A stretch of DNA of 64,000 nucleotides from Patescibacteria group bacterium (lineage in GTDB: Bacteria > Patescibacteriota > Microgenomatia > UBA1400 > PJMF01). The notes below the pieces were generated by a model that was not told where the DNA came from, made no database searches, and saw nothing but the letters and a program-made list of their open reading frames with translations. The position numbers and the translations under genes were made by a program. Location of the stretch: positions 3,557 to 67,556 of the forward strand of contig JBGTEY010000008.1 in the NCBI GenBank assembly GCA_041747555.1, in the 5' to 3' direction. This document shows, piece by piece, positions 30,414 through 39,281 of this stretch; the stretch's first letter is position 1, and each line of letters starts with the position of its first letter.

Positions 30414-31696
30414 TCGTCAGTTTCTCCAATAAGAAAACCCTGGACGTCTTTGCGACCGAGCTCAATTTTATATTTGGTTCTATTTAGGCGTTTGGTGACG
30501 ACCATCGCAGTTTTAATCGTCTTTCCCTTAAGTACGAATGTCACCTCAACCACAGGTACTTTGCCTTCAATTGCCTCTTGCTGTCGCCATAAGAGGTCCT
30601 CTAGGTCAAGTAATCCAAGGCTTTCGGCAAATTGTGCACTAATCGCAGATCGGAATCTGCCGGTGTTAACGAGTGCCTCAGTCGTATGCTTAGCATTGTC
30701 ATCGCCAAGTACTTTAACGATTGGCTGCGTTGAAATAATTTGTATCCCCTCCTCAACTTTAATTTTATCGGCAAAACTTTCTGCAAACAGCGCTCGTGCA
30801 ATTTTCACTCCATGCTTGGCATCCCTCACCTCGAGTCCTTCAACTCGCTCTAGGCGTCGTTTTAAGCCGGCTTTGTTTGCTAGTTGGATAGAGAGTCCAG
30901 GATACCCATTGAGCTCGACAATCATTGGTCCTTTTTCTGGATGAATGAATAAATCTGCACCCATGTACTTGTACCCAGCAGCGTCGGCAGCTCTGACTGC
31001 AACCTCAAGAAGTCGTTGCCATTCGGGTATTAAGATGCCGTTTACTTTTTTCTTAATATGAGGAAAATGAGTGATATATCCAGATTTTCCATGAATGCCA
31101 TGCGTGGTAGCTCCGCTTGCCATGTCGATGCCAAGACCGATTGCGCCTTGATCGAGATTTGCTTTTCCACCCGATTCTTCGGTTGGAATTCTTGCCATAG
31201 CCATGACAGGCACAGAATTAAAAACAATCACACGGATGTCTGGTGTGCCTTTATAGGTATACTTGGCAAGTGTGGGATGCACGGGAATCATCTCTTCTAC
31301 CAAGCAGCGATGATTTCTGCCCCAAGTACTATATTCGCCATCGAGCACGTTTTGTACGTGTAGATCTAGATCTTCTTTGGTTATGGCTTCATCAAAGTTA
31401 TTGCGCCAGACAGACTCTTGCGCGATTTTTTTAGTTATTATCCAGATTCCCTTTCCTGCGAGTCCGTTAACCGGCTTGATCACAAATGGCACTGGAATTG
31501 ATTCCCAATGAATTGTTTCAAGCTCTTTTCTTGAGGAAAAAATGTGATACAGCGATGCGGTCGGATTTCCTGCACTTAGCATCAGCTCTTTAGTTTTGAG
31601 TTTTGAAAAGCCGTAGGACTTGGCTTTGGTGGTGTTCATTCTCGTGTAATGATGCCGAGCATTCATTCCGAGAATGTGAGATGGTTTGACTGCCAT
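30410..31696 (-). CDS. Alpha-L-glutamate ligase-like ATP-grasp protein (RimK-related family normally found with QEGLA and 7TM-transglutaminase partners)
   Basis: N-terminal ILGMNARHHYT...KLKTKELM block resembling the IMGMNRRN..YI...KLKTK signature of this family, plus ATP-grasp core blocks (VIKPVNGLAGKGIWII). Confidence 0.55.
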   Translation of the reverse strand: MAVKPSHILGMNARHHYTRMNTTKAKSYGFSKLKTKELMLSAGNPTASLYHIFSSRKELETIHWESIPVPFVIKPVNGLAGKGIWIITKKIAQESVWRNNFDEAITKEDLDLHVQNVLDGEYSTWGRNHRCLVEEMIPVHPTLAKYTYKGTPDIRVIVFNSVPVMAMARIPTEESGGKANLDQGAIGLGIDMASGATTHGIHGKSGYITHFPHIKKKVNGILIPEWQRLLEVAVRAADAAGYKYMGADLFIHPEKGPMIVELNGYPGLSIQLANKAGLKRRLERVEGLEVRDAKHGVKIARALFAESFADKIKVEEGIQIISTQPIVKVLGDDNAKHTTEALVNTGRFRSAISAQFAESLGLLDLEDLLWRQQEAIEGKVPVVEVTFVLKGKTIKTAMVVTKRLNRTKYKIELGRKDVQGFLIGETDE

Positions 31697-31705
31697 GGTG
31701 AGCCT

Positions 31706-32698
31706 TTATTCTTCTTCTTCGATCAATGATTTGAATCGCAGCCGCTCACTAACTCGAAGGCCGACAAACTTGCCAATTACAATATTGAGCAAACCTACGC
31801 TGACAATTAGTAGCTCGGGCTCGGTGAGAGCGAGTTGTTGGAGCGCTTCCCACTTGAGAATATATCCGGCAACTACCGCGAGCGCTATCGTTTCTATTGT
31901 AAGACTTAAAGCCTCGGTTTGCTTAGAACGTGCTTGAGCATCGATGAAGTTCTCTGCCAAGAGCACGAGAATTAAGATTGGAAAAATGTTGACGCTCATA
32001 AGCGTTACTAAATTGATTACTGGAGCAAGTAAAATTATTCCGAAAATACCGATAGAAACAGTCCAGAGTAAAAGCGCAGTTCTAGGAAGATATGGCAAAC
32101 GCGTTGGCTTGAGAATTTTTTTAGCAAAAAGAGCTGTGGCAGCAATTGCTAGAAATATGATAATTCCCTCAAGTACCCCCGTGGAAACGAGCGCCACTGA
32201 CAGCACAGCAGGAATATAAATACCGAATCCTCTCAGCCCTAAAACATGTCTTGAAGCCGCGATCAAAGAAGCAACTAGTGGAAAAAGCAGGACCAACACA
32301 ATAATATTGGGCTGAACACCTTCTGAAACTGCATATCGGATACTATGCTGGACAAAATTAAACCAATTTAATTCACTCGGGGGGTTGTCGTCAAGAAATG
32401 CCGCTAATCGGCTTTTTTTAACGCCGCTTGATTCGGTAATATCTTGATCTTTTTTCTCTTGAATTCGTTGCTCAACTTCTGCTGATGGTGATGCGAGTCT
32501 AGTCGAGTCTGTGGCAACACCTTCATCGGTGGCAACTTGATCTGAATCATCGAGTTGAGTGTCTATTTGTACCGTTTCAAGTGAGTTCTGTGCCAACACT
32601 ACAGATGGCGACAGCCCAGAGACCAACACCAATGAAAGAATAATAGTAAGTACCAATGACTTCATTCTGTCTATTATACAGGATTGGCTTGCTGTCAC
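31706..32698 (-). CDS. 7-TM membrane protein with a signal peptide and an extracellular N-terminal segment of about 110 aa; candidate 7TM partner of the ATP-grasp/QEGLA cassette
   Basis: Signal peptide MKSLVLTIILSLVLVSG followed by multiple hydrophobic helices. Confidence 0.4.
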   Translation of the reverse strand: MTASQSCIIDRMKSLVLTIILSLVLVSGLSPSVVLAQNSLETVQIDTQLDDSDQVATDEGVATDSTRLASPSAEVEQRIQEKKDQDITESSGVKKSRLAAFLDDNPPSELNWFNFVQHSIRYAVSEGVQPNIIVLVLLFPLVASLIAASRHVLGLRGFGIYIPAVLSVALVSTGVLEGIIIFLAIAATALFAKKILKPTRLPYLPRTALLLWTVSIGIFGIILLAPVINLVTLMSVNIFPILILVLLAENFIDAQARSKQTEALSLTIETIALAVVAGYILKWEALQQLALTEPELLIVSVGLLNIVIGKFVGLRVSERLRFKSLIEEEE

Positions 32699-32702
32699 CT
32701 AG

Positions 32703-33056
32703 TTACAGTAGTTTTTTGAGTAACGAATCTGACATTTGGATGCCGGCAGACAGGACCACCAGGGTCCAGAAATAGGACAGATCTATACCTAGGATTGTCA
32801 TCGGTAAAATGCTGAAACCTGGTACCACATACGTAAGAAGCCAGAGTAATCCCGCATTAATAACAAGTGAGAATAGTCCCAAGGTTACTATATTTATGGG
32901 AATAAAAAGAACGTTAAGTACCGGTCGCACCAGATGAAATAACAGCGCCAGCAGTATTGCCGAAACGATCAGGGTAAAAACACTCGAAATAGTCACTGGC
33001 GGAAGTGCCCAAGCGAAAAAACCAAGAATAATGAGCGCTCTGAGTATGGCTTTCAT
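32703..33056 (-). CDS. Small 4-TM membrane protein of the PF04020 (phage holin family 4 / YvlD-like) type
   Basis: VRPVLNVLFIPINIVTLGLFSLVINAGLLWLLTYVVPGF closely resembles the PF04020 consensus (VRPLL..LTLPLTILTLGLF.LVINALML.LAAWLVPGF). Confidence 0.45.
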   Translation of the reverse strand: MKAILRALIILGFFAWALPPVTISSVFTLIVSAILLALLFHLVRPVLNVLFIPINIVTLGLFSLVINAGLLWLLTYVVPGFSILPMTILGIDLSYFWTLVVLSAGIQMSDSLLKKLL

Positions 33057-33065
33057 AGTGTGAAA

Positions 33066-34475
33066 CTACTGTAGCATGCGCCGAAGGCGCATACGAGTAT
33101 GTTGTCGTTTGGCAAACCGGTGTGACTCGTCTCTTACTTGTTGGATGAGCTTTAGTGCAGGATGGTCTGGTGCCAGAGCTGGAATTGAGTAGGTAAGGCC
33201 TTTTGGAATCGTGCCATTGATGATGTGTGAGATATCTATATTTGGTATGATAAGCCGATCTGGATTTTTGGCAATTCCGATAACGGGGCATGGCCACCTC
33301 CAGACAGAAAGTGCAGCACGCACCTGCCCTTTTCCTCCATCCACTACCACTAAGTTAGGAGTCTCCCACTCTGGGTGATTTTGACGTCTAAGCAGTGCTT
33401 CTTTCATCATCTGATAATCATTTGGGGTATCAAGTGAGCGAATATTGTAGAGCCGGTACTCGTCAGTATCCGGAACTCCATCAATAAAAGTGACTTGTGA
33501 AACTGCGGGGTTCGTGCCTTGAGTATTACTGACGTCATAGCCTTCAATTCGCGTCACAGGATAGGATTTGGGAACCGAGAAGTATGAGCTAATGATTTTT
33601 TGTAAATACTTTACCTGATCTTCATTTTTTTGCCTTGTTAGCATTGGCGTGATGAGCGTTGGATGGAGCTTTCTGGTCTGGAGGGTGAGATCTTTAATCA
33701 TAGAAATTTGATCTCGAAGTGTGGCCGCTCGCTCAAATCGTTCAGTTGTTATCGCATCTGTCATTTGTTCTCCTAGGCTTGCGACCACTTCCTTTTTCTT
33801 GCCGCGCAGAAACGCAACCAATTGAGTAATTTGCGCTTGGTACTCTTCTTGAGAAATTTTACCAACACACACGCCAGGACACTGATCAATGTGATAGAAA
33901 AAACAAGGTCGATTATTTTTTTCGCTAAATCCTTTGTTGCACCAAGTGAAGATTGGTCTAACTAACCTTAGGACTTCACGCACTTTATACCCACTCGGAA
34001 ATGGTCCGAGGAGTGTGCCTTTTTGTTGACTTTTTTGCCATGTTTTTTTTCTGATTTTAAGAACTTTGGGAAAAGTTTCATTTGTGATGAGTATATAGAG
34101 CGGGCTTTTATCGTCTTTAAGCGCAACATTAAATCTTGGTTGATAGGTGCGGATCAGCTCTGCTTCAACGAGCAGGGCTTGCAACTCACTGTCTAGTTCT
34201 TTCCACTGAATCTTGGTCGCTATCGTGACGAGCTGAAGAATTCTATGATTGAGTTGTTTTGTCTGGGTGTATGATTTTATCCGATTCTTGAGGTTCTTTG
34301 CTTTTCCGACGTAGAGCACGGAGTCGTTGCTGTCTGAAAACCAGTACACTCCCGGTTGTGAGGAGAGCGATGACACCGCCGATTCCCAAGCCAATAAAGA
34401 CTTTTTTTTGGGAGATAGGGTCGATGAAGTCTGGTCTTGTTTTAACGATGAATTCTTGGCTGTGGATTTCTGCAT
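33066..34475 (-). CDS. uvrC: Excinuclease ABC subunit C, short form of about 470 aa (GIY-YIG and UvrBC-interacting regions present)
   Basis: SQPGVYWFSD...LYVGKAKNLKNRIKSY GIY-YIG block aligned to the UvrC N-terminus. Confidence 0.7.
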   Translation of the reverse strand: MQKSTAKNSSLKQDQTSSTLSPKKKSLLAWESAVSSLSSQPGVYWFSDSNDSVLYVGKAKNLKNRIKSYTQTKQLNHRILQLVTIATKIQWKELDSELQALLVEAELIRTYQPRFNVALKDDKSPLYILITNETFPKVLKIRKKTWQKSQQKGTLLGPFPSGYKVREVLRLVRPIFTWCNKGFSEKNNRPCFFYHIDQCPGVCVGKISQEEYQAQITQLVAFLRGKKKEVVASLGEQMTDAITTERFERAATLRDQISMIKDLTLQTRKLHPTLITPMLTRQKNEDQVKYLQKIISSYFSVPKSYPVTRIEGYDVSNTQGTNPAVSQVTFIDGVPDTDEYRLYNIRSLDTPNDYQMMKEALLRRQNHPEWETPNLVVVDGGKGQVRAALSVWRWPCPVIGIAKNPDRLIIPNIDISHIINGTIPKGLTYSIPALAPDHPALKLIQQVRDESHRFAKRQHTRMRLRRMLQ

Positions 34476-36195
34476 GTGCGTTTCTGTCAGTGAGTGTTAT
34501 CAGCGCAGGCTTGTCTGTGAATATGTCCCAGCTCTCTGCGGTGATGGGCACAGTAATTGTTCTAGTTTGGTACGGTAAAATGTAATCAAGATCAGCTCCA
34601 GTTGAGGGAATAGTCTCATCACTCGAGGTAACTTGGATACCGATATCATACCATGCCTGACCACTGTGGTTGGTAATTACTGCCTGATATTGGCCAGGAA
34701 TGGGCAGTCCAACTATTTTTTGTGGTAGGAGATCTAGATCAAACTTGGCTTGCTTGGTGGGAAAACTGCTAGAAAATGTAACCTCTACATCTTTTGTCTC
34801 TTCACTCAGTGTTTTATAAGCGCCTGCTGGATGAGGCGCAGTGCTTGATTGGCCATTGATGATAAATACAATGTGATTGAGATCAAATTGAGAAAAATAA
34901 TTGATTCCTCCGGTGGTGTGTCCCCAAGTTGGATCAACCGGAATCCATCGCTGTCTGCTTTCATCATAATATTCTGGCCAAGAATGAAGTATATCTCCCT
35001 CGAAACTTACCGGTCTGAAAGTATCATTTTGGGTGTACGCGTACCCCACCGCGCGTCTGGCAGGTATGCCTGCCGCTCTCGATAAGGTCACAAACACATC
35101 TGTAAATTCCTGGCAAACTGCATCCTCTGGTTGGGCAAGTGCAGTTAGGGCACCCAACCTTGTTGAGCCCACCTCAATATTTGAGTGGGCGTACGTGAGT
35201 GTTGCTGTTGTGAAATCATAAATTGATTTCGGGTCGGTATAGGTTGTGGCTAATTCTTTGATGGTCGGGTGATTGGTTTCCCAATATTCCTGACTATTAG
35301 TTAATCTGGAGGAAGGAGGAACATGCGGCACATCATTGAGCGGATCAAGCGTTATGTGAGCATCTGCTGCCAACTGCACGATAGTGGTTGAGTGCGGTGG
35401 AATGGTGTATGTTGCGATCCAGTTTCCATCTGGGTCAACTTTAAGCTCATTTGAGTATGGGTCAAGTGAATGATAGTGCATTTTTTGGTATGCAGTATCT
35501 GGAGGGAGCGCGATCTGTGCGATAGCAGGTGTGCCACCTGAGTTTTCTAGATGGTAGCGAAGTGTCATGTTAAAAATTTGACTCGCGCCAAACAAAGCAG
35601 ACACCGATTCGCCCTGCAAATCATCAAAAATAGTGGTAATTGTCTCCCCTTGCGAGACTTCATCAGTGGGAGTGGGTGTCACTCGCACAGGGCCGCCAAA
35701 TTGCTTGGGGGTGATGATTCTCGTCGAGTGTTTTTTAATAGTGCGCTGGTCTGCGAGCTTTGGGATGTGGACCTCAAGTACGATGCCACCGATAGTTGCG
35801 AGGTCATGATTCACGTATTCAACGGTAAATTTTCTTGATTTTCCTTGCCCAACGAGTTCATCAGGGAAGGTGATTCCAATGCTGGTTCCCGTATCACTGC
35901 TGACTACATTTGCCTCAATTGGCTGGCCATTATACGTAACGATTACATTTTGCAGCGTAGGATAGCTCGATTTCATTCCGTACTGCTTGAGGAACAGTGT
36001 GGGTGATTTATTTGTGATGGTAAACTCGTGACTGACACGCGTAATTCCAAGTTTATCAACTTCATAGTTTGAATTAAGGATAGTCTCAAAGTGATCAGTT
36101 TCTTGTTCTTGTGCAAAAATTGGTCGTTGCTGCACCAAAAGTACTGCAAAGAAAATCGTAAGTAAAAAGGCAAAAAGGCGACGCATACAACCCAT
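34243..36195 (-). CDS. Secreted transglutaminase-like (papain-fold Cys-His-Asp) protein with a C-terminal TM anchor
   Basis: N-terminal signal peptide. Transglutaminase core DAVCQEFTDVFVTLSRAAGIPARRAVGY with downstream LHSWPEYY (His) and VDPTWG (Asp). C-terminal TM helix with a basic tail. The 3' end overlaps the uvrC 5' end by about 230 nt. Confidence 0.55.
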   Translation of the reverse strand: MGCMRRLFAFLLTIFFAVLLVQQRPIFAQEQETDHFETILNSNYEVDKLGITRVSHEFTITNKSPTLFLKQYGMKSSYPTLQNVIVTYNGQPIEANVVSSDTGTSIGITFPDELVGQGKSRKFTVEYVNHDLATIGGIVLEVHIPKLADQRTIKKHSTRIITPKQFGGPVRVTPTPTDEVSQGETITTIFDDLQGESVSALFGASQIFNMTLRYHLENSGGTPAIAQIALPPDTAYQKMHYHSLDPYSNELKVDPDGNWIATYTIPPHSTTIVQLAADAHITLDPLNDVPHVPPSSRLTNSQEYWETNHPTIKELATTYTDPKSIYDFTTATLTYAHSNIEVGSTRLGALTALAQPEDAVCQEFTDVFVTLSRAAGIPARRAVGYAYTQNDTFRPVSFEGDILHSWPEYYDESRQRWIPVDPTWGHTTGGINYFSQFDLNHIVFIINGQSSTAPHPAGAYKTLSEETKDVEVTFSSSFPTKQAKFDLDLLPQKIVGLPIPGQYQAVITNHSGQAWYDIGIQVTSSDETIPSTGADLDYILPYQTRTITVPITAESWDIFTDKPALITLTDRNAHAEIHSQEFIVKTRPDFIDPISQKKVFIGLGIGGVIALLTTGSVLVFRQQRLRALRRKSKEPQESDKIIHPDKTTQS

Positions 36196-36207
36196 TGTAC
36201 ATGGGAT

Positions 36208-39195
36208 TTAGGCTGAAAGTTTTAGCTCTTCGAGCAAGTATTTGCCGGTATCTGAATCGGCGTGATTCGCAACGGTAGTTGGTGTGCCTACTGCAACAAT
36301 TTGCCCACCGTTTGCTCCGCCTTCTGGGCCGAGGTCAATAATCCAGTCTGCATTTTTGATGACATCTAGATTATGCTCAATGACAATGACCGTGTTGTTT
36401 TGTTTTACCAGTTGATCGAGCACATTCAGTAACTTGCGGACGTCTTCAAAGTGGAGGCCGGTTGTTGGCTCATCCAATAAGTACACGACGTGCTCTGCTG
36501 TTCTCGTCGAAAGTTCGCGAGCTAGTTTAACGCGTTGTGCCTCTCCTCCACTGAGTGTAGGCGCGGGTTGCCCGAGTTCTAGATACCCCAGACCAACATC
36601 AATTAATGTCTCTAATTTTTTTCTAATCGTGCTGTGACGGCTGAAAAATTCAAACGCATCATCGATCGTCATTTTGAGGACATCGGATATATTCTTTTCT
36701 TTATATAACACCTCGAGTGTTTCTTGATTGTACCGCTTGCCCTCGCAGACATCGCAGGTAACGTATACGTCAGGTAAAAACTGCATTTCAATCTTGAGCT
36801 GCCCATCTCCTTGGCACGATTCGCAGCGACCGCCTTTGACATTAAAGCTAAATCTGCCTGGTGTGTAGCCCCTAATCTGAGCATCCTTGGTATTGGCAAA
36901 TACTTTTCTGACGTAATCGAAAACCTTTGTGTAGGTAGCTGGGTTTGAGCGTGGTGTTTTGCCGATTGGACTCTGGTCTATGAGACTGACGCGTCGGACT
37001 TCGTCGGGAACCATGATGCGTTCGATTGGTCCAATGACGTCATCGACTTTTTTGCCGAGGTGTTTAGTGAGGTGTTGGAAAAGTGTGTCATGCAAGAGCG
37101 TTGATTTTCCTGATCCAGAAATTCCCGTAATAGCCGTTAATTTTTGAAGTGGGAACTTGACGTCAACATGTTGCAAATTATGGTGGTGTGCCCCAAAAAT
37201 CTGGATTGAGCCTGGACTACGTGCATCGTCGTCACTGATCTGAGATCGTTCTTTGGATGTTGCCATGCCATCGCGAACCACGTCCTTTTTTCGTGAAAGA
37301 TATTTTCCAGTGAGCGATTTTTTTGATTTGATAATGTCTTCAAGACTGCCGGCGACCACAATTTCTCCTCCATGCTTCCCTGCTCTTGGTCCAAAATCAA
37401 TGATGTAATCTGCGGCCTCGATGACATCTCGATCGTGTTCAACAACAACCACAGTATTACCTTTTTGTTGCAGATCTCTGAGCGTCTGGATAAGCCGTTG
37501 GTTATCTCGTTGGTGAAGACCAATTGTTGGTTCATCTAAGATGTACAAAACACCTGTTAAGCCCGTGCCAATTTGTGAGGCAAGACGAATTCTTTGTGCT
37601 TCTCCACCCGCCAATGTGGATGCTTCACGATTAAGTGTCAGATATGCCAACCCAACTGAAATTAAAAATTGTAAACGAGAAATTATTTCTTTGAGAATTG
37701 CTTCGGCGATTGTTGCTTCTTTTGGGCTCAACGCGTTTTGATCTTTAATATCTGTGATCCATTGCAGCGCTGCATGAATAGGTCGAGCAGTTACTTGAGC
37801 GATGTTTTCTCCCTTAATATGCACGCTCAAAGCTTCTTCATTCAGCCGCTGGCCATCGCATGACGGACAGACTTGTTTTTGCATGAATTGTTCAATTTCT
37901 TTTCTGATGTAATCTGAGTCTGTTTCTAGATATCTTCGTTCTAGATTATTGACAAATCCTTCAAAGGTTTCGTGAATGACTGTAGTTTTTCCAAATCTAT
38001 TTTCTCCCTCGACTTGGTAGACGGTTTTACTTCCCCAGAGTAAGGTTTTTTGGAGCTCTTCTGACATTTCCGCATACGGAGTTTTGCGAAAATCGACTCC
38101 ATTTTCCTCTACAACTTTCATTACCAATCGAGACCACCAAGTGTCATTCCCCATCATTCGTGCGAAAGGGATGATTGCACCCTCACTGAGCGATAGCTCT
38201 GGAGCGATGATTTTCTGGGTGTCAATTTTAAGGAGGGTGCCGATGCCGTTGCATGCCTCGCAGGCACCTTGTGGTGAGTTAAATGAGAATAATCTTGGCT
38301 CAAGCTCTGGCATGGAGATGCCGCAATCGCTGCAGGCGCGTTTTTCGCTGTAGAGTTTATCAGTGTAGTTTTTTGGATTGTCGGGGAAGTTGAGGGAGTC
38401 GTCCTCTATAAATGACGCAATTGCGAGACCATCAGCAAGTTGCAGTGCAGTCTCAACCGATTGGGCGAGTCGACTTCTGAGTTGTTTGGCGAGCGTTTTG
38501 TCTCTTCGTTCTTGTTTGGAAACGACAATTCGGTCGACAACAGCACTAATGGTGTGTTTATTTGTCTTGAGCAAACTAATGTCTTCATCAAGATCGAAGG
38601 TTTCTGTGTCAATTCTCGCGCGCTGATAGCCTTTTTTCTGCAAATTTTCAAGGAGGCCCAAAAATTCACCTTTTTTATCCCGAACCACAGGTGACAGCAT
38701 CATTAGTCTCACTGGCGCGCTTGTGACACGAGCGTCAATTTCTTCAATAATTTGGTCAACAATTTGGTCAACTGACTGCGTGGCAACTTCTTTTCCGCAG
38801 TTTGGACAGTGTGGGTGACCCACCCTAGCGTATAGCAAGCGGAGATAGTCATAAATTTCGGTAATGGTGCCCACAGTTGAGCGTGGATTGTGGGAAGTAG
38901 TTTTTTGATCGATTGAAATTGCTGGAGAGAGGCCTTCGATGTGGTCCACATCTGGTTTTTGCATGATCCCGAGGAATTGTCTTGCGTAGGAGCTGAGACT
39001 TTCGACATATCTTCTCTGCCCTTCTGCATACAAGGTATCAAAGGCAAGTGAGCTTTTGCCACTACCAGAGAGACCGGTGAATACGATCAATTGATTCTTG
39101 GGAAATGATAGCGAGACATTTTTTAAATTATGTTCTCTGGCACCACGAATGGTAATCGTGTCGATTGGTGTGGTTGTATTGGATGGTGTACTCAT
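36208..39195 (-). CDS. uvrA: Excinuclease ABC subunit A
   Basis: Two ABC ATPase modules (GLSGSGKSSLAFDT, GISGSGKST) and zinc-finger Cys clusters. Confidence 0.9.
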   Translation of the reverse strand: MSTPSNTTTPIDTITIRGAREHNLKNVSLSFPKNQLIVFTGLSGSGKSSLAFDTLYAEGQRRYVESLSSYARQFLGIMQKPDVDHIEGLSPAISIDQKTTSHNPRSTVGTITEIYDYLRLLYARVGHPHCPNCGKEVATQSVDQIVDQIIEEIDARVTSAPVRLMMLSPVVRDKKGEFLGLLENLQKKGYQRARIDTETFDLDEDISLLKTNKHTISAVVDRIVVSKQERRDKTLAKQLRSRLAQSVETALQLADGLAIASFIEDDSLNFPDNPKNYTDKLYSEKRACSDCGISMPELEPRLFSFNSPQGACEACNGIGTLLKIDTQKIIAPELSLSEGAIIPFARMMGNDTWWSRLVMKVVEENGVDFRKTPYAEMSEELQKTLLWGSKTVYQVEGENRFGKTTVIHETFEGFVNNLERRYLETDSDYIRKEIEQFMQKQVCPSCDGQRLNEEALSVHIKGENIAQVTARPIHAALQWITDIKDQNALSPKEATIAEAILKEIISRLQFLISVGLAYLTLNREASTLAGGEAQRIRLASQIGTGLTGVLYILDEPTIGLHQRDNQRLIQTLRDLQQKGNTVVVVEHDRDVIEAADYIIDFGPRAGKHGGEIVVAGSLEDIIKSKKSLTGKYLSRKKDVVRDGMATSKERSQISDDDARSPGSIQIFGAHHHNLQHVDVKFPLQKLTAITGISGSGKSTLLHDTLFQHLTKHLGKKVDDVIGPIERIMVPDEVRRVSLIDQSPIGKTPRSNPATYTKVFDYVRKVFANTKDAQIRGYTPGRFSFNVKGGRCESCQGDGQLKIEMQFLPDVYVTCDVCEGKRYNQETLEVLYKEKNISDVLKMTIDDAFEFFSRHSTIRKKLETLIDVGLGYLELGQPAPTLSGGEAQRVKLARELSTRTAEHVVYLLDEPTTGLHFEDVRKLLNVLDQLVKQNNTVIVIEHNLDVIKNADWIIDLGPEGGANGGQIVAVGTPTTVANHADSDTGKYLLEELKLSA

Positions 39196-39281
39196 AATGG
39201 CAACCGTCTATTATAGCGAAAAAAACCCGTTCATACAGGGGTACAAAGTATTTCACACTACTTATGAAGAGATCATTGAAA

